Below, piece after piece: positions 54,625 to 62,981 of a DNA stretch of 64,000 bases. The DNA is from an uncultured Ignavibacteriales bacterium (GTDB lineage: Bacteria; Zixibacteria; MSB-5A5; GN15; FEB-12), in NCBI GenBank assembly GCA_964397415.1, contig CAYNIJ010000001.1:389662-453661 (forward strand). The letters run 5' to 3'. The notes beneath the pieces were generated by a model. That model was not told the origin of the DNA. It saw nothing but the letters and a program-made list of their open reading frames with translations, and did no database searches. The translations under genes were made by a program, and so were the position numbers. Within the stretch, counting starts at the first letter, position 1. Each line of letters opens with the position of its first letter.

Positions 54625-55092
54625 TCAGAAATTCACGATCAGGCTATCGGGGCCACCGGTTGAGATGATCCGTCGCCCCGCGCGATCATAGACATAGTTG
54701 GCGCCCCAGGCATCGGTCAAGTAGACATCGCCGGAGCTGTCGATATAGGGTCCGTTCCAGCCAATCCGATTGAGCTTGTTGTAGCTCGCGATACTGTCAG
54801 GCTTGGCGGCGAGATCCTGTAATCGCGATGGCGCGTAGCCGATATCCCCCTCAAAACCGCGATCAATATACTCGCCACCGGCGATAGCCGATGGGTTGCC
54901 GATAATTGCCTTCTTGAGCCCGTTCATTTCATCCAGGGTAGCGGTTGATTTTGAACTGGAGGTCATGTCGGCAAACCGCGGCACGGCAAAGCCGGCCAGG
55001 ATTCCCAGCACCACAATAATAATGACAAGCTCGATCAGCGTGAATCCACGTTGACCGAGCTGTATGTCTTTGCCCGCGGCAGGTAAGAACAT
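54625..55092 (-). CDS. Type IV pilin-like protein with a GspG-like C-terminal motif
   Basis: Prepilin signal QRG/FTLIELVIIIVVLGILAGFAVPRF. C-terminal GPYI...DAWGANYVY...STGGPD resembles the T2SS major pseudopilin pattern. No Cys. Confidence 0.8.
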   Translation of the reverse strand: MFLPAAGKDIQLGQRGFTLIELVIIIVVLGILAGFAVPRFADMTSSSKSTATLDEMNGLKKAIIGNPSAIAGGEYIDRGFEGDIGYAPSRLQDLAAKPDSIASYNKLNRIGWNGPYIDSSGDVYLTDAWGANYVYDRAGRRIISTGGPDSLIVNF

Positions 55093-55097
55093 AAGAC

Positions 55098-55529
55098 TTA
55101 CCAGGCGTTCTCCCCGGCAATGTTAGTATTTGGCCAGATCTCGCCGGTGCTCGGCCGGTAGGCCCATCCACCACGAGTGCCGACCACGACGCCCTTGGTC
55201 ACGCCTGTGACGATTGAATCCGGCGCGTTGGTGTCGGACTGATACGGATTCTTGGGAATCGCCTGCGCCATCACGGTGTCAACCGCGGCAAGCTGGGGGA
55301 GAGTCGGCCAGGTCGCTGTTCCTGTGGTCACGGCCTTGTTGGCGTAGAAGATGGTGATACCCGAGCGCAGGGCGCCGAGCGCGGCGCGAGCGGACGCTTC
55401 TTTCGCTTCGGACGTGATATCCTGATAGCGCGGGATCGCCACAGCGGCCAGGATGCCGAGCACGACAATGATGATCACCAGCTCGATCAGCGTGAAGCCC
55501 TTCTGATTGAGTACGTTTGTCAAACGCAT
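55098..55529 (-). CDS. pilA: Type IV major pilin-like protein
   Basis: Start at MRLTNVLNQKG/FTLIELVIIIVVLGILAAVAIPRY, preceded by AAGGAG (minus strand). The tracked ORF starts 16 codons earlier. 143 aa with no Cys. Confidence 0.85.
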   Translation of the reverse strand: MRLTNVLNQKGFTLIELVIIIVVLGILAAVAIPRYQDITSEAKEASARAALGALRSGITIFYANKAVTTGTATWPTLPQLAAVDTVMAQAIPKNPYQSDTNAPDSIVTGVTKGVVVGTRGGWAYRPSTGEIWPNTNIAGENAW

Positions 55530-55610
55530 GGTCTCTCCTTTATTGAGCAAATCGTGTATAGAGTTGTCTTGTATCACGTTGTCGGCAAATCTGTATAAAT
55601 CTTGAGCAGT

Positions 55611-56825
55611 TCATCCCTTGAAGACCTTAATGAGGTTCCACATCGGGAGAAACATCGCCAGGGCGAGGATCAGGACAAATATACCCAATACCACTGTCAG
55701 GATCGGTTCGATGATGGCCGTCATCTGGCGGCTGCGGTACATGACTTCTTTGGAATAGTGATTTCCGACCTCTTCCAGTGTCCGGTCGAGCGATCCAGAC
55801 TCTACGCCAATGGCTATGAGCTGCAGGGCCATCTCAGGGAAGTACTTGAACTTGTCGAGCGACGTCCCGATCTCCTGACCCTTGCGAAACAGATCCTGGA
55901 GAATGATAAGCTCAGCCGCAATCGCCGTGTTCTTGATCGCGCCAATGAGCAGGTCGATCGACTTGATAATGGGAAGCCCTGAACGGAAGAGAATCCGGAA
56001 CATCAGCGTGAATCGGGCGATATTGCTTTTGATAATCAGGTCGCCGAAAATCGGGAGTGATACCAATCTCTTGTCAAACCACGCCCGACCTTTTGGATTA
56101 CTGAGCAAATGACGAAAAGCAAATCCTGCCGCTATGATGAAGCCGATAGTATACGGCCAGTAATTCGTGACGAAGCTGGATGCTCCTATCAGTATCCTGG
56201 TCGGAAGAGGAAGCTCAGCCGAAAATGCGCTGTAGAAATCAATGAATTTTGGAATGACATAAATCATCATCACGGCGGCGGCAGCCAGCAGCACGCCGAT
56301 CACAATAAGCGGATACCGTGTCGCCGATTTGAGTTGACGCGCGATCTCCATCTCGCGTTCCAGCATCACGGATAACTCATCGAGTGTGACATCGAGTTTG
56401 CCTGACTCCTCACCGGCAGCCACTCCCGCGACATATACTTTGGAGAAGAGGTCGGGATAATCAGACATCACTTCGGAAAGCTGACGACCCGACTCGATTC
56501 CGACGCGAAGCTGGTGGATCACGTAATTGAAACGTCCGGTCGGCTTGCCGATCTTGATCAGCGTGAGAGATCGAAGGAGCGGGATCCCGGCACGGTAGAG
56601 TGTCGCCAACTGATTGGTGAAGGTGATGAGATCCTCATAGGTATTCCCCTTGAGCATCCCAAACAGTGTGAGCGGCTTGCGCTCCTGAACCGGCGCTATC
56701 GTGATAGGCAACAACTTCTGCTGGGTGAGGTAATCCTCAACATGCTGGGCATTGACCGCCGCGATCACGCCTTCATGGGTCGTACCATCGACCGCCACTG
56801 CCTGGTATCTAAACTGCGCCGGCAT
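55611..56825 (-). CDS. pilC: Type IV pilus / T2SS platform protein (GspF/PilC family)
   Basis: Duplicated T2SSF domains and three TM helices; C-terminal end MFLPMWNLIKVFKG is typical of the family. Confidence 0.92.
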   Translation of the reverse strand: MPAQFRYQAVAVDGTTHEGVIAAVNAQHVEDYLTQQKLLPITIAPVQERKPLTLFGMLKGNTYEDLITFTNQLATLYRAGIPLLRSLTLIKIGKPTGRFNYVIHQLRVGIESGRQLSEVMSDYPDLFSKVYVAGVAAGEESGKLDVTLDELSVMLEREMEIARQLKSATRYPLIVIGVLLAAAAVMMIYVIPKFIDFYSAFSAELPLPTRILIGASSFVTNYWPYTIGFIIAAGFAFRHLLSNPKGRAWFDKRLVSLPIFGDLIIKSNIARFTLMFRILFRSGLPIIKSIDLLIGAIKNTAIAAELIILQDLFRKGQEIGTSLDKFKYFPEMALQLIAIGVESGSLDRTLEEVGNHYSKEVMYRSRQMTAIIEPILTVVLGIFVLILALAMFLPMWNLIKVFKG

Positions 56826-58554
56826 GGCTCGATCCGATCGGGTTACGTTCGGTGTGGTCGAAATAGTCTTCTATATTGGAGGTCTCTTTCAAAAGTTCTT
56901 CAAGGCAGATCTGGCCGTTGGTCAGTTTTTCCAACCCGGATTCAAAGAGCGGGATATAGCCGAACCGGCGAGCCTCGGTCCGCAGGCGATGCAGCGATGC
57001 TCCGGAGAGCATTTGGTCGGACAATTGAGGCGTCACCTCCATATACTCAAAGATACCGGTCAACTTATGGTAGCCGGTGCCGCGGCATTGACTGCAACCG
57101 ACACCGTGCTTGAATTCGATCGCTTCCGCGAGATCAAGAAGCCCGGCTCGTTTGAGGAGCGCTTCTGGCGGACGGTAGGTCTCGAGGCAGTTCTTGCAGT
57201 TGAGCCGAATGAGCCGCTGCGCCAATACCCCCTTGATAGCGGCAACCACCAGGTAGTTCTCTACGCCTATATCGATAAGGCGGGTAATGGCCGAAGGTGC
57301 GTCATTGGTATGGATCGTTGAGAAGACCAGGTGCCCGGTCAGCGCGGATCGTACAGCCATCTGCGCGGTCTCACGGTCGCGAATCTCACCGATCATGATG
57401 ATATCCGGATTCTGACGTAGAATTGACCGCAGCGAGGCGGGGAAGGTCAAACCAGCTTTCTCGTTTATCTGGATCTGGTTGATGACCGGCATGGAGTACT
57501 CCACCGGGTCCTCAACCGTGATGATATTTTTTTCGATTGAATTGATCTCCTGCAGCGTTGCATAGAGAGTCGATGTCTTTCCGCTTGAGGTTGGTCCTGA
57601 GATCAAAACCAGCCCTTCAGGCTTGTGGATGATATTCGTCCAGGCATCCTGCAGCGTGTCGCGGAAACCGAGCTGCTTGAAGGACAGAAGTAGATTGCGC
57701 CGGTCAAGAATTCGTATCACGATCTTCTCCCCGTGGATGGTAGGGAGCGTAGAGACACGGAGGTCTATCGGCATATTGTCGACGAGCATCATGAAGCGGC
57801 CGTCCTGCGGCAGACGCTTCTCCGAGACATCGAGATCCGCGGCTACTTTGATGCGCGAGATGACCTCGTTCTGCATCGTCTTGGAGGGCGACGCTTCCTC
57901 GCGCATCACACCGCTGACGCGATAGCGGATCCGCAGGGTCGTCTCATCCGGCTCGATGTGAATATCACTGGCTCCCTCGTTCACCGCTTTCGTGATGATC
58001 AGATTGACCAATTTGACTATCGGAGATTCTGCCTCACCACGCTCGGTAGAGAGGACCGAGGTGATTCGGCGGTCGATATCATCGGCCCGTTTGGCGCCCA
58101 TGATCTCGTGCAAAGAATCAGCAACCGAATAATATTGGTCAATAGCCTGCTTGATTTCAGAGGATTTGGAGACCGCTCGCTTTATCTCATATCCGGATTG
58201 ATACTTGATCTCGTCGAGGGCGATAATATTGAGCGGGTCCGCCATCGCCAACGTCATGGTGGTGCCAATGACGAAAATTGGTATAACGGTATAGCGACGC
58301 GCCGTCTCCACCGAAATGAGCTGAGTGACATCGGGGGAGAGGACCATTGATGAAAGAGAGACTTGCGGAATGCCGAGACGTTCCGATATGGTATCTATGA
58401 GTTGGTCTTCGGTGATATTGCCGTTTTCAACAAGGATCGCTCCGATCCGTTTACCGGTGGTTGCCTGCTCGCGCAGCGCGTCCTCCAGCAAGGCGGGCGT
58501 GATATACCCCTTGTCGACCAGCAGGTCGCCAATTTTCTTGCGTGTTGTTGCCAT
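56809..58554 (-). CDS. pilB: Type IV pilus assembly / T2SS ATPase (PilB/GspE family) with an MshEN-type N-terminal domain
   Basis: Walker A GPTSSGKTST, Asp box, Walker B, His box, tetracysteine CKNC...CSQCRGTGY. N-terminal tandem KIGDLLVDKGYI.../RIGAILVENGNI... motifs. Confidence 0.95.
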   Translation of the reverse strand: MATTRKKIGDLLVDKGYITPALLEDALREQATTGKRIGAILVENGNITEDQLIDTISERLGIPQVSLSSMVLSPDVTQLISVETARRYTVIPIFVIGTTMTLAMADPLNIIALDEIKYQSGYEIKRAVSKSSEIKQAIDQYYSVADSLHEIMGAKRADDIDRRITSVLSTERGEAESPIVKLVNLIITKAVNEGASDIHIEPDETTLRIRYRVSGVMREEASPSKTMQNEVISRIKVAADLDVSEKRLPQDGRFMMLVDNMPIDLRVSTLPTIHGEKIVIRILDRRNLLLSFKQLGFRDTLQDAWTNIIHKPEGLVLISGPTSSGKTSTLYATLQEINSIEKNIITVEDPVEYSMPVINQIQINEKAGLTFPASLRSILRQNPDIIMIGEIRDRETAQMAVRSALTGHLVFSTIHTNDAPSAITRLIDIGVENYLVVAAIKGVLAQRLIRLNCKNCLETYRPPEALLKRAGLLDLAEAIEFKHGVGCSQCRGTGYHKLTGIFEYMEVTPQLSDQMLSGASLHRLRTEARRFGYIPLFESGLEKLTNGQICLEELLKETSNIEDYFDHTERNPIGSSHAGAV

Positions 58555-58660
58555 GTGTAGTCTTTGCTATTCCTTTTCGTTATCGGCAAATAGGGATAAA
58601 ATTTTACGCGACAAACTGTTGCCGAAATCCCCTGTTTCTGGCTATGTTGGTTGGGAAAGG

Positions 58661-60322
58661 ATGACTCAACCTCTGACCAGACTACTCGTGCCCGCCATCT
58701 TGCTCCTATTTCTCTGTCTCTCCAGCGATGCGCTCGCCGACTCACCTGTCACGGTTTATGGTGCCGAACCCGTCGAAGGGGTCTCAGTCATTGAAGAAGA
58801 CACTATCTCGGTGGACGATGGGATCATTATCGATAGCTTGGAGATAGACAATCGGGAGATCTACGACACATCGGACCCCCGCTATGACAACTTCATTTTT
58901 CGGACGGCCAATCGCCTGCATATCGTCACGAAAGAGGTAGTCATTCGTCGCGAATTGCTCTTGGCGGTGGGCGAATCGTTTACAGCAGCGCGAGCCGAGG
59001 AAACCGCCAGGAATCTTCGCCTCAATTGCCGCTTGGTTGACGCCTGGATTGAGACCGAACGGCTCCCCAATGGGCACTTGTTGGTCAGGGTAGTGACCAT
59101 TGACCAGTGGAGTCTCTTGGGAGGGGTTGAGTATTCTCGGGATGGCAACCGCTCGAGGCTCAAACTCGGGTTTGAAGAACGGAATCTTGCCGGATTCAAC
59201 CAGCTGCTCAGTTTCGATTGGGTCGTTCAGGAAGGGGACGATGATTACATCCACAGTCGATTCCGTGATTATCGTTTTCTGGGTAAGCCGATCATGTTTT
59301 CGTTGGAGCATAATACTGACCCGCGTGGTGAAGTATCGCAATTCAGTCTCCTGAGGCCCTTCTATAGTCTCGATCAGAAGCTGTTTCTCAGCGGCACTGT
59401 CGCCCGAACCGGCGGACGGCGGGACGTGTACGGACTCGACGAAAACGGCCTGGCCGTGCGCACTGGATACTGGAAAAGCAAAGCGGATCAGTTCGAACTG
59501 ATCGGGGAGTACAGAGTAGGTAGCCGAAATACCAAAATTGGCGGAGGGCTTTGGTATACCTACCACGCTGACAAAGTAACCGAGGTCTTCGGGAACGGCT
59601 TCACCGTCCCATCAGATTCTATCTACCATATCCCTTCAGTGTTTCTGAAAGCGCAGCATACCCAGTTCTTGCGCGTACGACGGATCAGCAATTTCAAGCT
59701 GCTGGAGGATTTTGCGATTTCGACCGGTATTGAAGCGCTGGCGGGACGAGCCTTTAGGCCGGACTTTAATGACCATCTCTACGATGTCCTTGATGTGACG
59801 ACTCGCTTTGGTGACCAGTTCGGACACAATCTGATCACTGCCGCGCACCAACAAACATGGTGGCTGGATTCCGGCAGGCAACTTCGCAGCCGTGGGATAT
59901 CAACTCTCCGCTATTACAATAACTCGCTCTCGTTCCTTACAATCGCGGCAAGGGTCCGGTATCAGTCTGATCATTTCGAAGCTCTGGATGCGCCGCTCCG
60001 ACTGGGGGGGACAACCGGGATTCGAGGGTATGATGAGTTCGCGTTAGCCGGAAATCGGGTGGGGACCGCCAACCTGGAGACCCGTTGGTATCCGGGGCTG
60101 GACTTCCTCTCAGCCCTTATCGGCGGTGTACTTTTTGCCGATTTTGGACGGACCTGGAGTAAGGGAGAATCCTTCACGCTGAACAACTTACATTATTCCG
60201 TCGGTGCCGGACTGCGCATCTCCTTAGAGCGGGCCACGCGATCAGAGATCATACGTATCGACTGCGCCCTTTTGGAAGATGGCACAGTCCAGGTCGCCTT
60301 CGGAACCGGCCAGTACTTCTAA
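58661..60322 (+). CDS. Omp85-family outer-membrane protein (POTRA plus surface-antigen beta-barrel)
   Basis: Start at MTQPLTRLLVPAILLLFLCLSSDALA (signal peptide) after GAAAGG. The tracked ORF start at 58325 is antisense to pilB. POTRA-like segment and a barrel ending VAFGTGQYF (C-terminal Phe). Confidence 0.75.
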   Translation: MTQPLTRLLVPAILLLFLCLSSDALADSPVTVYGAEPVEGVSVIEEDTISVDDGIIIDSLEIDNREIYDTSDPRYDNFIFRTANRLHIVTKEVVIRRELLLAVGESFTAARAEETARNLRLNCRLVDAWIETERLPNGHLLVRVVTIDQWSLLGGVEYSRDGNRSRLKLGFEERNLAGFNQLLSFDWVVQEGDDDYIHSRFRDYRFLGKPIMFSLEHNTDPRGEVSQFSLLRPFYSLDQKLFLSGTVARTGGRRDVYGLDENGLAVRTGYWKSKADQFELIGEYRVGSRNTKIGGGLWYTYHADKVTEVFGNGFTVPSDSIYHIPSVFLKAQHTQFLRVRRISNFKLLEDFAISTGIEALAGRAFRPDFNDHLYDVLDVTTRFGDQFGHNLITAAHQQTWWLDSGRQLRSRGISTLRYYNNSLSFLTIAARVRYQSDHFEALDAPLRLGGTTGIRGYDEFALAGNRVGTANLETRWYPGLDFLSALIGGVLFADFGRTWSKGESFTLNNLHYSVGAGLRISLERATRSEIIRIDCALLEDGTVQVAFGTGQYF

Positions 60323-60527
60323 TCCATTTTCTCTTGACAAAATCTTGAATCACAATACATTAGCATAAGAGGTCGCGGAAAAAGCCTCAACATGTCTTCT
60401 CGAAATCACCTTCCGCCGGGAGAGGCGGGAGAAATACTTTTCGTCTGCCGAACATAGTATGGTACACAGGTGCCCATGGGCTGTACGATTCTATGACGGT
60501 GCAAACTGGAGAATATTGGGACGCCAT

Positions 60528-62549
60528 ATGATGGGATCCATCCGACTCGCCATTGCTATCGTGTTGCTGTCTGCCGCTACTGCGCTGGCTACAACCGGAC
60601 ATTCGCATCTATCAGATAAGGACCCGATCGGCGCGATTGAGCGAGACTTCGCCGCCGGCGAACTGACCTATAGTCAGAAAGCGCTGCTCCAGATAAAGGC
60701 GATCAAACGGCCGACCGAACTCCCGGCCAAATACCAGCTTTTTGATCTCGCGACCGGCGTGAGTCACGCGCGATGCGCCACCGACGCGATCGTTGATATC
60801 AAGCAGAATTGGGCTCAGTTGGATGGCCCCACTCAACAAGAGATCACTACCCTCTTGCAGCGTTGGTCAACCGCGTTCACCTACATTTCGCTGGGCGGAT
60901 TCTTCAAACTCCATTACGATGTCACCGGCACGAACGCGGTCCCTGCCGCGGACGGCAACGGCAATACGATCCCCGATTATGTAGAGAAATGCGCCGCGTA
61001 CATGGATTCATCGCTGGCCAAACATCAGGCAATGGGATATCTCAATCCACCGTCCGATGGCTCCCTGGGTGGAGATGCCTTATTCGATGTCTACTTCGAG
61101 GAGATGGGGTATTACGGATATGCCGTGCCGGAAGGCGCGGGCCCCAATCCGTGGCCGGATTATTACAGCCATCTGGTGCTTCATCGCGATTTCCTCGGCT
61201 TTCCTCCCAACGATGACCCCGAAGGGAATCAGGCCGGTGCCGCGAAGGCGACCGCCGCGCATGAATTCCACCATTGCATTCAGTTCGCCTATGACGCGAC
61301 TGAGTCAAGCTGGTTCATGGAGCTGGATGCCACCTACATGGAAGATATTGTTTTTGACCAGGTCAACGATAACTACAACTACCTCAATAGCTACATGAAT
61401 GATCCTCAGATAAGCCTGATGGATCAGACCATCCATATGTATGCGTCATTCATCTGGGGAATGTACCTGGCCGAACGCTTCGATACGACGCTCATGCGCG
61501 CGTGCTGGAATGGCGCTCGCTACAAGTCCGTCTATGACGCCATGTCCGATTCATTGCTCGCGATGACCGGCTATTCGCAGGATTCCGCTTTCGCTGAATT
61601 CGCGGTTTGGAACTACTTCACCGGATTCCGTGACCTCGGGCTGCATTACGGCGAGGGTGACTTCTATCCGGCAATGACCGTCGACCGCCAGCACACGACC
61701 TACCCGACTAACAATCAAGTGAGTCCGGTCAGTCCACAGGGGTACGGGTCGTGTTACATCGAGTTCATCCCGACTATCGCCAACAATAAACTCCGGCTGA
61801 CCTTTGATGGCGGCGATGGCGCGCAGTGGGCGGCCTACCTGATAAAATTCACGAATCCCACCACATTTACACTCGAGAAGTTGGTGTTAACCGGGGCGCC
61901 GTGGATCGACACCACCGAGGTGCTGAATTTCAATACCTACACGAAGGTTGTTCTGGTCGCTGTGAACATCAACCAGTTCGGCGGCGGGACTAGTTTCAAC
62001 TATTCTGCTTCTCTCGCCCAACCGTTGGAGATGAGTAGCGCCATCAGCGGCGGTTCGCCGGTTTATTCCGGGAACCAACGCGTGTGCAGTGTCATGGTGA
62101 AGAACATCGGCACAATAAACAACTCGATAAAAGTCACCTACTCTGACGCGCTTGGCTGGGTCACTCCCGGAGAGCAGTCGAGATTCCTGACACCGGGAGA
62201 TAGTTCCTTTGTCACGTTCCTGGTGAAGCCACCGGTAGGTACGCCGTTGGGTTCAAATTCGTACATAACTGCTAATATTGTGTCTCTCCTCGATACAACA
62301 CTCCAGCAGACCAGAAACACTAATGCAACCACCGTGGTGTATCGCGGAGATGTGAATTTTTCGGGTAATGTCGATATCAGCGACCTTTCGGCGCTCATCG
62401 CCTATGTGCTGGGTCTGGGCGGCCAGCCGCAGCCAACCATGGATGCCGGCAATGTTGATTGCGCCGGGGGCGTCGATCTGAGTGATCTTTCCTACATGAT
62501 TTCGCACTTCATTGCCGGTACGCCCGAGAGTCTCTGTAATCCCTATTAG
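60528..62549 (+). CDS. Secreted HExxH putative zinc metallopeptidase with a C-terminal dockerin-like domain
   Basis: Start at MMGSIRLAIAIVLLSAATALA (signal peptide). HEFHH at 61260-61274. C-terminal GDVNFSGNVDISDLS...NVDCAGGVDLSDLSYMISHFIAG parallels the tail of the M14 peptidase. Confidence 0.75.
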   Translation: MMGSIRLAIAIVLLSAATALATTGHSHLSDKDPIGAIERDFAAGELTYSQKALLQIKAIKRPTELPAKYQLFDLATGVSHARCATDAIVDIKQNWAQLDGPTQQEITTLLQRWSTAFTYISLGGFFKLHYDVTGTNAVPAADGNGNTIPDYVEKCAAYMDSSLAKHQAMGYLNPPSDGSLGGDALFDVYFEEMGYYGYAVPEGAGPNPWPDYYSHLVLHRDFLGFPPNDDPEGNQAGAAKATAAHEFHHCIQFAYDATESSWFMELDATYMEDIVFDQVNDNYNYLNSYMNDPQISLMDQTIHMYASFIWGMYLAERFDTTLMRACWNGARYKSVYDAMSDSLLAMTGYSQDSAFAEFAVWNYFTGFRDLGLHYGEGDFYPAMTVDRQHTTYPTNNQVSPVSPQGYGSCYIEFIPTIANNKLRLTFDGGDGAQWAAYLIKFTNPTTFTLEKLVLTGAPWIDTTEVLNFNTYTKVVLVAVNINQFGGGTSFNYSASLAQPLEMSSAISGGSPVYSGNQRVCSVMVKNIGTINNSIKVTYSDALGWVTPGEQSRFLTPGDSSFVTFLVKPPVGTPLGSNSYITANIVSLLDTTLQQTRNTNATTVVYRGDVNFSGNVDISDLSALIAYVLGLGGQPQPTMDAGNVDCAGGVDLSDLSYMISHFIAGTPESLCNPY

Positions 62550-62570
62550 GGAGATACCGGGACATTTTTG

Positions 62571-62599
62571 TTGACTTTGGCCGGGCCCCCAAATATCCT
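62571..62599 (+). promoter_or_regulatory. Sigma-70-like promoter candidate
   Basis: TTGACT (62571-62576), 17-nt spacer, TATCCT (62594-62599), ~70 nt upstream of the ATG at 62669. Confidence 0.4.
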
Positions 62600-62668
62600 A
62601 TTGTCAACAGGTAACAACACATTTGCTGACATCACACGGACTGTGATGGTCATGAGAGGGGGAACCCT

Positions 62669-62878
62669 ATGGAAAATCATTTCCAGAACAGGGTTCTTAT
62701 TTGCAGCGAATGTCGTGAGGAGTTTGTTTTTACTGTACAGGCTCAGCAATATTTTGCTGAACGGGGCTATACAGAGGATCCCAAACGCTGTAAAGCCTGC
62801 CACATGCAGTATAAGAGGACGCAACGCGGCCAACATCACCACGACACGGAGCACCAGGAAATCCAGTTTCCTGAGTGA
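62669..62878 (+). CDS. Small zinc-ribbon protein with a His-rich tail
   Basis: CSEC...(24 aa)...CKAC four-Cys ribbon, C-terminal QHHHDTEHQE. RBS GAGAGGGGG upstream. Confidence 0.7.
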   Translation: MENHFQNRVLICSECREEFVFTVQAQQYFAERGYTEDPKRCKACHMQYKRTQRGQHHHDTEHQEIQFPE

Positions 62879-62893
62879 AGTCGACTGACGGAG

Positions 62894-62924
62894 AAAAAAA
62901 TAACCCCGGCTTCGGGCCGGGGTT
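62894..62924 (-). terminator. Rho-independent terminator of the minus-strand M6 peptidase gene
   Basis: On the minus strand: AACCCCGGC-CCGAA-GCCGGGGTT followed by ATTTTTTT, 58 nt after the stop at 62982. Confidence 0.85.
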
Positions 62925-62981
62925 GATGAGAGAGGGGGAAAGGGGACACTCTAAATGTCCCGACGGATTTGTATTGTCTGC

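Noticed and set aside
55530-55610. Looked for a sigma-54 -24/-12 promoter upstream of the major pilin gene (minus strand)
   Set aside because: The closest match (ATACACGATTTGCT) lacks the GG dinucleotide and has the wrong spacing between the CACG and TTGC elements. No convincing sigma-54 site was found.
58325-58660. N-terminal 112-codon extension of the Omp85-family ORF
   Set aside because: This part is antisense to the pilB 5' end and encodes no signal peptide. A canonical signal peptide begins at the ATG at 58661, so the gene was called from there.
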